52,696 nucleotides of DNA, taken from Verrucomicrobiales bacterium. Lineage in GTDB: Bacteria > Verrucomicrobiota > Verrucomicrobiia > Verrucomicrobiales > SLCJ01. Shown piece after piece: positions 37,016-49,303 of this stretch; the stretch's first letter is position 1; every line of letters starts with the position of its first letter. The stretch is from contig JBJTQJ010000037.1 of NCBI GenBank assembly GCA_046075565.1, positions 1-52,696 on the forward strand, read 5' to 3'. A program made the translations under genes and the position numbers. Under the pieces are notes generated by a model. It did no database searches, had not been told where the DNA came from, and saw only the letters and a list, made by a program, of their open reading frames with translations.

Positions 37016-37897
37016 TCAAAGGACACCCGCCTCTGTAAGGATCCCCCGCAAGGTGGCGCGTTTGGCGTCGTCGAGCGGCAGCAGGGGTAGACGCAATTCG
37101 TCGCCGGGAATGATTCCGGCCATGGCGAGCGCGGCCTTGATGGGCGCGGGATTCACGTCCAGCGAGAGCATGCCTTTGAAAAGCGGATAGTATCGGTAGT
37201 GGGCAGCGCGCCCGGCAGCGAGGTCGCCGGCCAGCATGGCATTGACCAGCGAGGCGACACCGGCAGGGATGAGGTTCGAGGCCACGGAAACGACCCCAAC
37301 CGCACCGGAAGCCATGAAGGGCAGGGTGAGGGAATCATCGCCGGACAAGATGGTGAAATCATCCGGCAGGACGGCGCGGAGTTGGTGCACACGTTCGACA
37401 TTTCCCCCTGCTTCCTTGATCGACCGGATATTCGGGCAGGCTTCCGCGAGCCGGGCGACCGTTTCGACCGCGATCTCAATCACACAACGTCCCGGGATCG
37501 AATAAAGCATGACCGGCAGCGACGTTGATGCCGCGATGGCTTGGAAGTGACGGAAGACTCCCTCCTGGTTCGGCTTGTTATAGTAGGGCGCGACCACCAG
37601 CACACTGTCGGCGCCGAGTTCCTCGGCTTTTCGGGTGGCTTCGATGGCTTCGGCAGTGGAATTTGATCCCGTGCCGGCCATCACCTTGCCGCGCCCACCC
37701 GCGAACTCGACGGCGAGGCGGATCAACTCGAAGTGTTCGTCATAAGAGACCGTCGGGCTTTCTCCCGTCGTGCCCACCGGCACGATACCGGTGATGCCGC
37801 CTGCGAACTGGCTATCGATGAGCTTGCGGTAAGCCTCGCGGTCGATGGCGTCGTCGCGGAACGGAGTAACAAGTGCGGTGTAGGTGCCGGAAATCAT
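37016..37897 (-). CDS. dapA: 4-hydroxy-tetrahydrodipicolinate synthase
   Basis: ALVTPF, GTTGESPT, APYYNKP, LYSIPGR, IKEA, LSGDD. Confidence 0.96.
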   Translation of the reverse strand: MISGTYTALVTPFRDDAIDREAYRKLIDSQFAGGITGIVPVGTTGESPTVSYDEHFELIRLAVEFAGGRGKVMAGTGSNSTAEAIEATRKAEELGADSVLVVAPYYNKPNQEGVFRHFQAIAASTSLPVMLYSIPGRCVIEIAVETVARLAEACPNIRSIKEAGGNVERVHQLRAVLPDDFTILSGDDSLTLPFMASGAVGVVSVASNLIPAGVASLVNAMLAGDLAAGRAAHYRYYPLFKGMLSLDVNPAPIKAALAMAGIIPGDELRLPLLPLDDAKRATLRGILTEAGVL

Positions 37898-37909
37898 GGA
37901 GTGTCGGAT

Positions 37910-38731
37910 TCAGAGAGTGATGGAGCCGTTGAAAACAAAGTCGGCCGGACCGGTGAGCGTAACCTCGCGGAAACTCTCGGGACCTTCCGGGATGAAGCCG
38001 ACTTCCAGGAGGTCGCCGCCGCGCACGCGCACGCGGATTGGCGAAGCTGTTCCGGTAAGCCGGTGGTGCACGAGGGCGTTGGCCACGATGCCCGTCCCGC
38101 AGGCGAGGGTTTCATCCTCGACGCCGCGTTCGTAGGTGCGGATGGAGATTTCACCCGGCGAGAGCACCGATTGGAAATTGGCATTCGTGCCCTTGGGAGC
38201 GAAGGCCGCATGATAACGCATCGCCGCGCCGAGTCCGCGCACGTCGGTGCTTTCCAAATCCTCCACCAGCAACACCGCATGGGGCACGCCCGTGTTCACG
38301 AAATGCACGGTGCTTTGTCCGCAGGGCAAGGGAAGGTCGAGGCCGAGGCGGAAATCATGCGGCTCGGAGAGCTGGATACGCACGTTTTCCCCGATGAAGC
38401 GGGCGGTGATGCGCCCCGCGATGGTGTCGAAACTGACCTCCGGCCGCTCATGACCGAGCAAAGCCCGCGCGAATTTCCCGAAGCAGCGGGCGCCATTGCC
38501 ACACATCTCGGCTTCGCCGCCATCGGCGTTGTAATAGCGGAAGGTAAAGTCGGCATCCGAGCCGGCTTTTGGCGGTTCCACGGCGAGCAGACCGTCCGCT
38601 CCGACGCCGCGATGGCGGTCGCATAGCCGGGCGATGGCGGCCGTGTCGAGCGCGTCGTAACGACCGTCACGGTTGTCCAGCACGACGAAATCGTTGCCTG
38701 CGCCGTTCATTTTGGTAAAGGAAATTTCCAT
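37910..38731 (-). CDS. dapF: Diaminopimelate epimerase
   Basis: FTKMNGAGNDF, EMCGNGARC, TGVPH, ERGVEDETLACGTG. Confidence 0.96.
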   Translation of the reverse strand: MEISFTKMNGAGNDFVVLDNRDGRYDALDTAAIARLCDRHRGVGADGLLAVEPPKAGSDADFTFRYYNADGGEAEMCGNGARCFGKFARALLGHERPEVSFDTIAGRITARFIGENVRIQLSEPHDFRLGLDLPLPCGQSTVHFVNTGVPHAVLLVEDLESTDVRGLGAAMRYHAAFAPKGTNANFQSVLSPGEISIRTYERGVEDETLACGTGIVANALVHHRLTGTASPIRVRVRGGDLLEVGFIPEGPESFREVTLTGPADFVFNGSITL

Positions 38732-38821
38732 GGTTCGGGTGGGACCGGGCCCGGCCTTGGGGAGGCGTGCTCGGGGATCCCAAATTAAAGCCGGGGGAAG
38801 CTCCCGCACAAGTGGCAAGCT

Positions 38822-41206
<2,385 letters not shown>

Positions 41207-41547
41207 TCATCCTGCGGGAGGATACGAATGAATGCTATTGTTAAACGAATGAAGACCGATTCATCCCACTCACTTTTGGATAAACTGACGGCCGGCGGCA
41301 GAATGAATCGGCGGTCAAGGGATCTCCTGCGTGATCCGAAGAATCCGGATGCATCCGAGTGGTTCATTTATGTCCCGGCCGCCTTCAATGAGGCGCTTGA
41401 CATCAAGTTTGAGGCGAGCGGACCAAATGAAGGATGGACCCAATCCGGTTGCTTCGCATTTAAGGAAGAGTTCGTTTGATTTCTGATAAGTGGGCCGACT
41501 GGTGAGTTCAAGTTGGCATTCGATCAAGCTCAGCTAAGGAGAACGTC

Positions 41548-41877
41548 ATGATTCGAAAATTTTTATTTCAGGGGTCCGCGAGCGAACCTTACGAGGTTGT
41601 TTTCCGACTGGACGGCTCGAATCTTAGTGCGTATTGCACTTGTCCCGCAGGAACCAATGGCATGTATTGTAAGCATCGTTTCGCCATTCTCAAGGGATTG
41701 TCGAAGGGTGTCGTGAGCGATAACGCATCGCAGTTTGCCGAGGTCGCAGCTTGGTTGCCAGGAACAGATATTGAGGCTGCAATGGTTCAGGTTGAGGCGC
41801 TAGAGGCTCAGGCGAACCAGATCCAGAACGCCTTGAGCAAGGCGAAGAAGGATCTGGCGAAATCCATGCGCAACTAG
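41548..41877 (+). CDS. SWIM zinc-finger family protein
   Basis: CTCPAGTNGMYCKH (CxC..CxH) motif; RBS AAGGAG upstream; coiled-coil tail. Confidence 0.85.
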   Translation: MIRKFLFQGSASEPYEVVFRLDGSNLSAYCTCPAGTNGMYCKHRFAILKGLSKGVVSDNASQFAEVAAWLPGTDIEAAMVQVEALEAQANQIQNALSKAKKDLAKSMRN

Positions 41878-41885
41878 ACAAGAAT

Positions 41886-41980
41886 GCACAACAATTCGGG
41901 AGTAAAGACCGGCAACCGATTCCGCGGATGAATTTGGGCCTTGCCCCGCGTATGCTGCCGCCTTATATCTCGGGAATTAC
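41886..41980. other. Degenerate attC-like imperfect hairpin 1
   Basis: GCACAAC (R''-like), then AATTC.GGGAG.TAAAG..CGGCA pairing imperfectly with TGCCG.CTTA..TCTC..GAATT; follows the stop of the SWIM gene. Confidence 0.4.
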
Positions 41981-41992
41981 AAGACGTCCACA

Positions 41993-42211
41993 ATCAGCAA
42001 CAACGGTAAGGCGTTTATCAAGGGTGGGGTAGGGTGTTTCGTATTCTTTATCGTATTGGCTCTTCTCGCTCTGCTCCTCGGCGGTTCCGTGCGCGTGGAG
42101 CTCTTCGGAGTGGTGGTTCTTTTTGTGAGCGGCGGAGTGATAGGACTCATTGTGAATTGGATCTATCAGAAGGGCCGGCGCGATGCTTCGGATCACAACG
42201 ACAATCCCTAA
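41993..42211 (+). pseudogene. Small two-TM membrane protein lacking a canonical start (ATC)
   Basis: Reads ISNNGKAFIKGGVGCFVFFIVLALLALLLGG..VIGLIVNWIYQKGRRDASDHNDNP*; absent from ORF track. Confidence 0.6.
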
Positions 42212-42214
42212 TCA

Positions 42215-42333
42215 GCAAGACAAGGCGCCGGAATCCCCATGAGCCTCTCGGTTCACATGACTATCGTTATCCTCATCTCCAACACCGCGGGCGGCCTGCG
42301 CCCCCGCTGGTAGGGGGACATTCCGCGGTAAGC
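42215..42333. other. Degenerate attC-like imperfect hairpin 2
   Basis: ACAAGGCGCCGGAATCCCC ... GGGGACATTCCGCGGTAAGC inverted arms with a 2-nt bulge; directly after a stop codon. Confidence 0.45.
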
Positions 42334-42339
42334 AAACTG

Positions 42340-42765
42340 TTGAAACTTGCTCCAGCAGTCCGGATTCACAAAGGAACGGTCGCCGCATTGTTCGTATTCT
42401 TGCCCTATCTTGTCGTGGCGGCGAAACTCACCTTTTTCAACAAAGGCTGTATGGACGGATTCGGGCACCTCATCATCGGATCGACCGTGATTATCCTTCT
42501 CGGTGGGCCCTTGACAGTCTTAGCCGCAATTCTATCTATGGTAGAGTTGCGGAGCTTTTTTCCTACGCTGACCGCCAAAGACAAGGCGTTCTACCTGTGC
42601 AGCCATGCCATGGCTCTTCTAGCAATGGTTCTTGCGATATGGGTCGCCTTTGGACTGTCCCATGAAGGAGATCCGTTTGATTTCCGTGAGTTGTTGGCCA
42701 AAGATCGTCCGGTGCCAAACTATCCGCCAGAAATTGGTCCGATTGACAACCCCGAGTCGAATTGA
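42340..42765 (+). CDS. Hypothetical membrane protein (3 TM; start uncertain)
   Basis: Hydrophobic segments in the 3' half of ORF 42034..42765; 5' half overlaps the hairpin and upstream ORF. Confidence 0.55.
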   Translation: MKLAPAVRIHKGTVAALFVFLPYLVVAAKLTFFNKGCMDGFGHLIIGSTVIILLGGPLTVLAAILSMVELRSFFPTLTAKDKAFYLCSHAMALLAMVLAIWVAFGLSHEGDPFDFRELLAKDRPVPNYPPEIGPIDNPESN

Positions 42766-42890
42766 TCAACCAAAGCAATCCAGCAAGCCCTTCCTCAGAC
42801 CACGCGAACTCAGGGACCGCCTCCCATCATAATGAGCCACGTGCAAAGCCCGACCACGACTAATGGTCCTTGCTTTTGCCTTCCTCGAAG

Positions 42891-43451
42891 ATGAAACTAC
42901 AAGCAGACCTCCTCATCACCATGGCAATCATATCGTTTTTCAATTCCAACAGGGGGCAGGACAAGTTTCATGAGGTTCAAGCCCCAGTGGCCATCGTGGT
43001 TGACCTGAAAGAATTCAAGATGGGGGCGACTGCGCTGGGTGAGCCGACGGCGCCTGCCGACCCATTCCATGAGCCATTGAAGAAGACGGAAGTTTTCCAG
43101 CCTGCCGGACAAGGGGTGGAGTTGGGCACCAAGAATGGAGTGCTCGACTATGGGTTCTTTGAAATCCCCGCCTACAAGGGCTCTTTCTCCCGCTCGGGAG
43201 AGCCCATCAAGATCGGCAAGGACACAACCGAAAATGACATTCGCAATATGTTCGGCGAGCCATACTGGACAGACCGTTCGGATGGAGAGGTCATCATGTT
43301 CTATGAGTATAAGGCGGGCACGATTGAGCTTCAGTTCGAGTTTTCCGACGGCAAGGTGCTGAGCGCGATCACCCTCTCGATGAATGGTGTTTTATCCAAA
43401 GCCGACCAGCGGAAAGCCTATGGCGTGACGAAGCCATGGCCACCGCCATGA
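42891..43451 (+). CDS. Hypothetical protein
   Basis: Protein-like composition; FGEPYWTD..EVIMFYEY..ELQFEF; cassette-like position. Confidence 0.7.
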   Translation: MKLQADLLITMAIISFFNSNRGQDKFHEVQAPVAIVVDLKEFKMGATALGEPTAPADPFHEPLKKTEVFQPAGQGVELGTKNGVLDYGFFEIPAYKGSFSRSGEPIKIGKDTTENDIRNMFGEPYWTDRSDGEVIMFYEYKAGTIELQFEFSDGKVLSAITLSMNGVLSKADQRKAYGVTKPWPPP

Positions 43452-43529
43452 AATCCGGTTGACGTCGTTCCCAGTTTGGCTGCAGGACTCGACCGTGCGA
43501 CCAGCATGATCCTGGATTCAGAAGCGGGG

Positions 43530-43657
43530 AACCACAGATGACACAGAATACACTGATGCGGAATGGATTAAGAAGGATATATCCGCGTTCAGCGTAATTT
43601 AGTCAGTTCCGTTGATCCTTCTGAACATCCGTGTCTTATGCGTGCTTATCCGTGGTT
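43530..43657. repeat. ~130-bp inverted-repeat element, copy 2
   Basis: AACCACAGATGACACAGAATACACTGAT ... ATCCGTGTCTTATGCGTGCTTATCCGTGGTT; shares internal GAATGGATTA and CTGAA.ATCCGTG with copy 1. Confidence 0.8.
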
Positions 43658-43756
43658 TATCAAGGCTTGCTGGCACCATGACTGGGGTTTCCAACCCCTC
43701 TGAAGATCCCGTGGTCTGTCCCTGTCTTTCCCGGAGACTGGGCTGCCATCGCGGAC

Positions 43757-45019
43757 TCAGTCACCTTTGGCGATGGTGGTTTTCTTCAAGTCGGGTTCAA
43801 GCCAAGAGAGGGCGCTGAGGGCGTAGGCTGTGCCGTAGGGCTGGTGGTAATCGTAGAGCGGGAAATCCCACCATGTGCCGTCCTTCTCCTGAAGGCGCAG
43901 CAGGGTCGCGGCGAGGTGCCCGCGGTAGAATGGCCGCTCCTTCTCCGGCAACAAGGTCACGCACCAGGCGGCGTAGTATTGACCGTAGTAGTAGAAGTAG
44001 CCGGAATTCTGGAACCAGGCTTCGTGCGGGATTGGAAACTTCCTGGCGTTTTCGATCCATCCTCCGCGGGTGACCAAGCGGTCGAGCCAGTCTCGGATGT
44101 CTTGGTCGCTCACGTGGCGGGTATCGGTCCAGTGGCGCAGGGCGGCATTGCAGGCGGGGGCGCGTCCGAGCGAGCCGGCCGGGCGATTGATGCCGCCGCG
44201 CGGGCGCATGCGGTGGCCAAAGGAATAGACGTAACTGCCATCGCGGGTGCGCTGCATAAGGATGGAGCGAACGGCATTATCGACCATCTTTTGGGGGACC
44301 TCGAGGCCTGCTGAACGGGCCTGGTGCAGGGCGATGAGGGCCGTGGCGGTGGTGAAACTCGTGCCGATGCCACTCGGCTTACGCGTGGCCATGTCGAAAT
44401 CATAGTAGCCCCAACCGCCATCGATGAACTCGAAAGTCTGGAGCATGCGGATTTGCTCGCGGGCGGCCTCGAGAAGTTTGCCCTTTTGTTCTTCCGTAAC
44501 GCCCGGGCGCTGCGAAAGCAGAAGAAGCGCGCGTATGCTATAGCTGTGGGCCCACGTGTTGTAGAGTTCGGTTTGGTTGGGGCGCTTGACGCGTGGCAGG
44601 AAATCCAGAAGCCATGCTTCGGCCTTGTCGATGGAGGCCTTCACTTCCGGCGTCTCGGGCACCGAGAGGATGAGCGCTTCGATGGCCAGGCTGGTGGTGG
44701 CTGTCATGAAGGCGTAATGGGCACCCGGGACATCGGCGGCGATATTGAGTCCTTTGGTGCGGCCCGGACTTCCCCAGGCTCCGGAGGGTTGTTGATTTGC
44801 TAACAACCAAGCGACACCACGATCCCGGGCGTCGGCGATTTGTGATGCGGTGATTTCCGGTGACGGTCCGGGACGAGGCACGGGCGGCAGGTCTTCGGCC
44901 GGCGAGACCGCGCCATTGAACAGGGGCGAGACTGCCGCCGCCTCGAGCGCGGGATCCTGCGCGGGCAGTCCGGCTGTGCCGAGAATAGCAACGAGGAGGC
45001 TGGCCGAGAGCAAATGCAT
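43757..45019 (-). CDS. Secreted prenyltransferase/squalene oxidase repeat protein
   Basis: Signal peptide; QW-like repeats WLLANQQPSGAW, DGGWGY, QRTRDGSY, LQEKDGTW. Confidence 0.8.
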   Translation of the reverse strand: MHLLSASLLVAILGTAGLPAQDPALEAAAVSPLFNGAVSPAEDLPPVPRPGPSPEITASQIADARDRGVAWLLANQQPSGAWGSPGRTKGLNIAADVPGAHYAFMTATTSLAIEALILSVPETPEVKASIDKAEAWLLDFLPRVKRPNQTELYNTWAHSYSIRALLLLSQRPGVTEEQKGKLLEAAREQIRMLQTFEFIDGGWGYYDFDMATRKPSGIGTSFTTATALIALHQARSAGLEVPQKMVDNAVRSILMQRTRDGSYVYSFGHRMRPRGGINRPAGSLGRAPACNAALRHWTDTRHVSDQDIRDWLDRLVTRGGWIENARKFPIPHEAWFQNSGYFYYYGQYYAAWCVTLLPEKERPFYRGHLAATLLRLQEKDGTWWDFPLYDYHQPYGTAYALSALSWLEPDLKKTTIAKGD

Positions 45020-46500
45020 CAGGGGAGGGGAACAATTTTTTCTCCGGCCTTAAGGCCGTTGGTGACCACGACACCCTTAGCACCGCGGGCTCCCGTTTCG
45101 ATGGTGCGTTTTTCCGGCGATCCCTCCGCGGCTTTCACATAGACGCTCTGGACACGTTGGCCATTGGCGAAGGAGGTTTCGATGAGGTTGGCCGGAACGG
45201 TGAGGGCGTTTTCGATGCGGGTCTCGGCGAGCACCACGCGGGCCTTCAATCCGGCGACCACCGGTGGAAGGTCGTCGTCGGCGAGGGCTTCGTTGTCGAA
45301 GGCGAGGGTCATGCCGAATCGCCCTTGGGCGTCCGGTTGGGAATCGACGGAGAGGATGCGCACGCCGAAGGGCATTTCGGGATCGGTCTCGATGGTCGCA
45401 TGGCGGGTGCCATTCGGTTGCGCCTCGGCATCCGGTCCGCGCCATCCGATGCTCCCGCGGTTCTCCGGCGAAATGCTGCCATGGATGCGGTTGGGCACGC
45501 CGGAAACGACGGTGGCAAAGATATCCTGAGGCGCGATGAAGGCGCGGGGAGCGCCGGCCCGTTTTTTCTCCAGTTCGGCGAATTTGCCCGGGCCTTCATC
45601 GGCGGTCCAGTCGCCCCAGAGCATGCGTCCGTCGGCGGGGGCGCGCACGGCGCGGAGAAGGTCGAGGTCGGCGCGAAGCTCCGCGAAATTCTTTTCCTCT
45701 TTTTCGAAGGCATGGCGTTTCTCGACGAATTCGAGTTCCTTGATTTGCAGACCCCGGGCATGGTCTTTTTCGACGCGCTCCAAAGCGATGGCGGCACGGT
45801 CGTAGGCATCCTGACGCTCGCGGTCGGTGCGCGGGATGAGAAGCTTGAGTCCGCGATCACTTTGTTCCTTGGCGGTGCGCAAGGCGAACTCGGCGCGCTC
45901 GACCGCCCACTTCGAACGCTTGAGTGTGATCTCCTCGGTTTCTTCGGTGAGATCGTCGGCCTTATACATGATTTGAAGCTGGCGGAGTTCCTCGGTGGTG
46001 TATTCGAGGGCCTGCTCGGAGGCTTGCAGATCGCGTTTGTATTCCTCGATTTGCAATGGACGCCAGGTCGATTTCCAACTCTCCAGGCTTTCTTTGGCGC
46101 GCTCGGCGGCTTCGCGGGCCGCTTGCAAGTCGAGTGGCGCTATTTTGCGCACGGTGGCGAGTTCCAGCTCGGCGCGTTCCATTTCGAGTTTTGCGGTCTG
46201 GCGTGAGCGCCCGACATTTTCGACATGTTCTTCGAGTTTCTCGACATCAAAGGTGACAATCGGATCGCCCTTCTTCACGATGGTGCCGTGGGCCGCGAAG
46301 TCCTTCACGAGGAGGGTCTTCCATTGCTTTGGGTCGACTTGAACCGGGGTGGCCGAGGCCGGTGAGAGGTAACCCTCCATCACGACCTGATGCCGGAAAG
46401 TTCCGGGTTTCACTTCGGTTTCTTTGGCTTCTTCCTGGGCGCCGACCATGGGCGCGGCAAGAAGCGGAAGGGCAATGGCGAGGAGACGATGGTTGCGCAT
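45019..46500 (-). CDS. HlyD/MFP-like exported coiled-coil protein
   Basis: Start MRNHRLL with signal peptide; HGTIVKKGD, long coiled coil, VRAPADG, NALTVP, GLKAGEKIV. Confidence 0.8.
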   Translation of the reverse strand: MRNHRLLAIALPLLAAPMVGAQEEAKETEVKPGTFRHQVVMEGYLSPASATPVQVDPKQWKTLLVKDFAAHGTIVKKGDPIVTFDVEKLEEHVENVGRSRQTAKLEMERAELELATVRKIAPLDLQAAREAAERAKESLESWKSTWRPLQIEEYKRDLQASEQALEYTTEELRQLQIMYKADDLTEETEEITLKRSKWAVERAEFALRTAKEQSDRGLKLLIPRTDRERQDAYDRAAIALERVEKDHARGLQIKELEFVEKRHAFEKEEKNFAELRADLDLLRAVRAPADGRMLWGDWTADEGPGKFAELEKKRAGAPRAFIAPQDIFATVVSGVPNRIHGSISPENRGSIGWRGPDAEAQPNGTRHATIETDPEMPFGVRILSVDSQPDAQGRFGMTLAFDNEALADDDLPPVVAGLKARVVLAETRIENALTVPANLIETSFANGQRVQSVYVKAAEGSPEKRTIETGARGAKGVVVTNGLKAGEKIVPLP

Positions 46501-46568
46501 GATATGGAAAGCGGAGTTACATGGGGTGCGGGGGGATTCTTTCGCGAATTTCCCCCGGAAATGGGGAA

Positions 46569-47210
46569 TCAGGGCGAGAGGCGATCGATGGTCCACTCGG
46601 ATGATGGGTTTTCCAGGCGGTAGAGAAACCGGTCGTGCAGGCGCCCGGCGCCGCCCTGCCAGAATTCGATTTCGACGGGCACGACGCGGTAACCGCCCCA
46701 GAAGGAGGGCAGAGGCACCTCGCCACCGGCGAACTTGCGTTTGATTTCCGCGAGCTTCTGCTCGAGCAACGAACGCGAGGAGATGACACTGCTCTGGCGG
46801 CTCACCCAAGCGCCGAGTTGGGATTCGCGCGGACGGCTGAGGAAATACCTGAGGGATTCGGTGGTCGGGACTTTTTCCGCCCGGCCTTGGATGATGACCT
46901 GCCGCTCGAGGGCGAGCCAGGGGAAAAGAAGCGAGACTTCCGGGTTTGCTTCGATGTGGTTTGCCTTCCGGCTCTCGAAGTTGGTGAAAAAGACAAACCC
47001 TTTGCCATCGAAAAATTTCAACAGCACCGTGCGTTGGCTCGGGCGATTGTTCGCGTCGATGGTGGCAAGGGTCATCGCGTTGGGCTCGACCAGATCCGCC
47101 TCCATGGCCTGGTTGAACCACTTGGAAAACTGCCCGATCGGGTCGAGATCGAGGTCCTGGCGGCGCAGCCCGCCTTGCAGGTAGTTTTTGCGGAGTTCGG
47201 AGAGATCCAT
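46569..47210 (-). CDS. pdxH: Pyridoxamine 5'-phosphate oxidase
   Basis: EPNAMTLAT, RTVLLK, FFTNFESRK, RQV, YFLSRPRESQ, EFWQG..RLHDR. Confidence 0.96.
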   Translation of the reverse strand: MDLSELRKNYLQGGLRRQDLDLDPIGQFSKWFNQAMEADLVEPNAMTLATIDANNRPSQRTVLLKFFDGKGFVFFTNFESRKANHIEANPEVSLLFPWLALERQVIIQGRAEKVPTTESLRYFLSRPRESQLGAWVSRQSSVISSRSLLEQKLAEIKRKFAGGEVPLPSFWGGYRVVPVEIEFWQGGAGRLHDRFLYRLENPSSEWTIDRLSP

Positions 47211-47365
47211 GATTCGGACGGGCCGGATGACAGACCAAGAACGTGGCGCGGACCAGCCCCGGATCCAAGCAATTTCCCTATCTTTGCCTGCACCCTGTCT
47301 TCTGGTCACGAAAAGTGCGAAAAATGCGAGCTTGCCGCCGGAAGGTGGCGTAAAGTCGGAGCATC

Positions 47366-48049
47366 ATGAAAGTCACCTATTTCGGCCATTCCACCCTTCT
47401 CGTCGAAACCGCCGGCACCCGGCTGCTGTTCGACCCGTTCATCAGTCCGAATCCATTGGCAGCGGGCATTGATATCGCGAGTATCGGGGCCGATTATGTG
47501 CTTCTTTCACACGGACACGGTGACCATGTCGCCGATGCGGAAGCCATCCTGAAAAACACGGGAGCCACTTTGATTTCAAACTATGAGATCGTCACCTGGT
47601 TCGGAGCCAAGGGTATCGAAAAGGCCCATCCGCTCAATCATGGCGGGGGTTTTGTTTTTCCCTTCGGACGCGTGGACTATGTCGCGGCCGTGCATAGCTC
47701 GATGTTGCCCGATGGCAGTTACGGCGGCAACCCGGGTGGTTTCGTGGTGACCACGGCAGAGGGTTCATTCTATTTCTCCGGCGACACGGCATTGACGATG
47801 GACATGAAAATCCTCGGGGAAAAATACCAACTCTCATGGGCCGCGCTCTGTCTCGGCGATAATTTCACCATGGGTCCCGGCGATGCGGCGACCGCCGCCA
47901 AGTGGGTTGGAACGAAGGAAGTCATCGGCATGCATTTCGATACCTTCCCTCCCATAGCCATCGATCACGATGCGGCGCGCTCGGAATTCGCCAAGGCGGG
48001 AGTGAAGTTGCATCTGCTCAAGCCGGGAGAAGTGGTGTCGCTCGGATGA
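47366..48049 (+). CDS. Metal-dependent hydrolase (MBL fold, UPF0173-like)
   Basis: FGHS, DPF, SHGHGDH, HSS, SGDT, GDNFTMG, MHFDTF. Confidence 0.9.
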   Translation: MKVTYFGHSTLLVETAGTRLLFDPFISPNPLAAGIDIASIGADYVLLSHGHGDHVADAEAILKNTGATLISNYEIVTWFGAKGIEKAHPLNHGGGFVFPFGRVDYVAAVHSSMLPDGSYGGNPGGFVVTTAEGSFYFSGDTALTMDMKILGEKYQLSWAALCLGDNFTMGPGDAATAAKWVGTKEVIGMHFDTFPPIAIDHDAARSEFAKAGVKLHLLKPGEVVSLG

Positions 48050-48095
48050 GCGGGCGAGGGACGTTCAACCTCGCTGGAGATGCGGCGTCCTCTCT

Positions 48096-48155
48096 CCGGA
48101 ACGCGAAGGCGTTCCGCTACTTCTGGATCTGTAGCGGCACGGCTTCCCGTGCCGG
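48096..48155. repeat. Back-to-back GTAG-type REP pair
   Basis: CCGGAACGCGAAGGCGTTCCGCTAC-N10-GTAGCGGCACGGCTTCCCGTGCCGG. Confidence 0.75.
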
Positions 48156-48213
48156 TGGGGTGGACGGACTTGCTCCCTTTCCAGCCCGCTGAAATCTTCC
48201 TCCGGTTAGAATC

Positions 48214-49191
48214 TCACAACCATCCCTTGCGTTTGAAGAACCAATAGGGCAGGAGAGCCGAGAGGATCATGAGGAAGATGGCGAACTCGAATCCGTGCGC
48301 CCAAGTGGCATCGGGATAGAGTTTGAGATTCATGCCGTAAATGCTGGCCACGAGGGTGGGCGGAAGAAAGACGACCGCGGCCACGGAGAAGATCTTGATA
48401 ATGGCGTTCTGTTCGATGTTGATGAACCCGAGGGTGGCATCGAGCATGAAGTTGATCTTCGAGGAGAGGAAGTTCGCGTATTCGGTGAGCGAGTGCAGGT
48501 CGCGTCCGAGCGGTTTCAGACGTGGATAGAGCAGATTGTCGCGGGGCGCGTCGAAGTCTTCCTGGCCCGCGAACGTGATGAGTCGGCCGAGTGAGACAAG
48601 CGCCTCGCGTTCTTTGGCGATGAGGTCACCGCGGAGGCCGATGGCGCGCAGGGTTTCCTTGAGCTGCCGTTCTTCGATTCTTTTTCCCGACTCGGGCGGC
48701 GAGAAGATGCCGCCGGAGATGCCATCGAGTTCGATGCCAATTTTCTCCAGGATGTCCGCTTGCCGATCCACGATGGCTTCGAGCAATCCGACGAATGCGC
48801 CATCCCGGTTCATCTCGGCATTCTTCCGCAGTATTTGGGCGGCGAAATTCGTGAACGGCCTAGGATCCGCGAACCGCAGGGTGACGAGACGCGAACCCGT
48901 GAGAATGAAGGTGATTTCCGAACTTTCCGGAGCCTCGCTGTCGGCCTTCACGAGGACGTTGGCCGTCATGTAGCGCGACGCTCCCTCGCGATACAGCCGG
49001 CTTGTCATCTCGATCTCCTTCATTTCTTCCCGCGTCGGCATATCGAGGTCGAGCAGTTGATCGACAAAGGCGTCCTCTTCCGGTGTGGGCTCGAGAAGGT
49101 CCACCCAGAAGGTGCCCGGCGGCAGGGTATGACCGGCCGTCTGCTCGCGGCAGCGGACGATACCTCCCTCGCAGAAATACGAACGAATCAT
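48214..49191 (-). CDS. corA: CorA family Mg2+/Co2+ transporter
   Basis: PTREEMKEIE..SRLY, FLPPTLVASIYGMN, FKRKGWL. Confidence 0.94.
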   Translation of the reverse strand: MIRSYFCEGGIVRCREQTAGHTLPPGTFWVDLLEPTPEEDAFVDQLLDLDMPTREEMKEIEMTSRLYREGASRYMTANVLVKADSEAPESSEITFILTGSRLVTLRFADPRPFTNFAAQILRKNAEMNRDGAFVGLLEAIVDRQADILEKIGIELDGISGGIFSPPESGKRIEERQLKETLRAIGLRGDLIAKEREALVSLGRLITFAGQEDFDAPRDNLLYPRLKPLGRDLHSLTEYANFLSSKINFMLDATLGFINIEQNAIIKIFSVAAVVFLPPTLVASIYGMNLKLYPDATWAHGFEFAIFLMILSALLPYWFFKRKGWL

Positions 49192-49303
49192 TACCGGAAG
49201 CCTTAAACCCTCCAAGCCCTGATTTCCAATCCGATTTTGCCCCACCGGTGGAAAAGATCGTCAATTCGATTGACTAGCGCCTGGATCTGCCTTCTCTGCG
49301 GAC

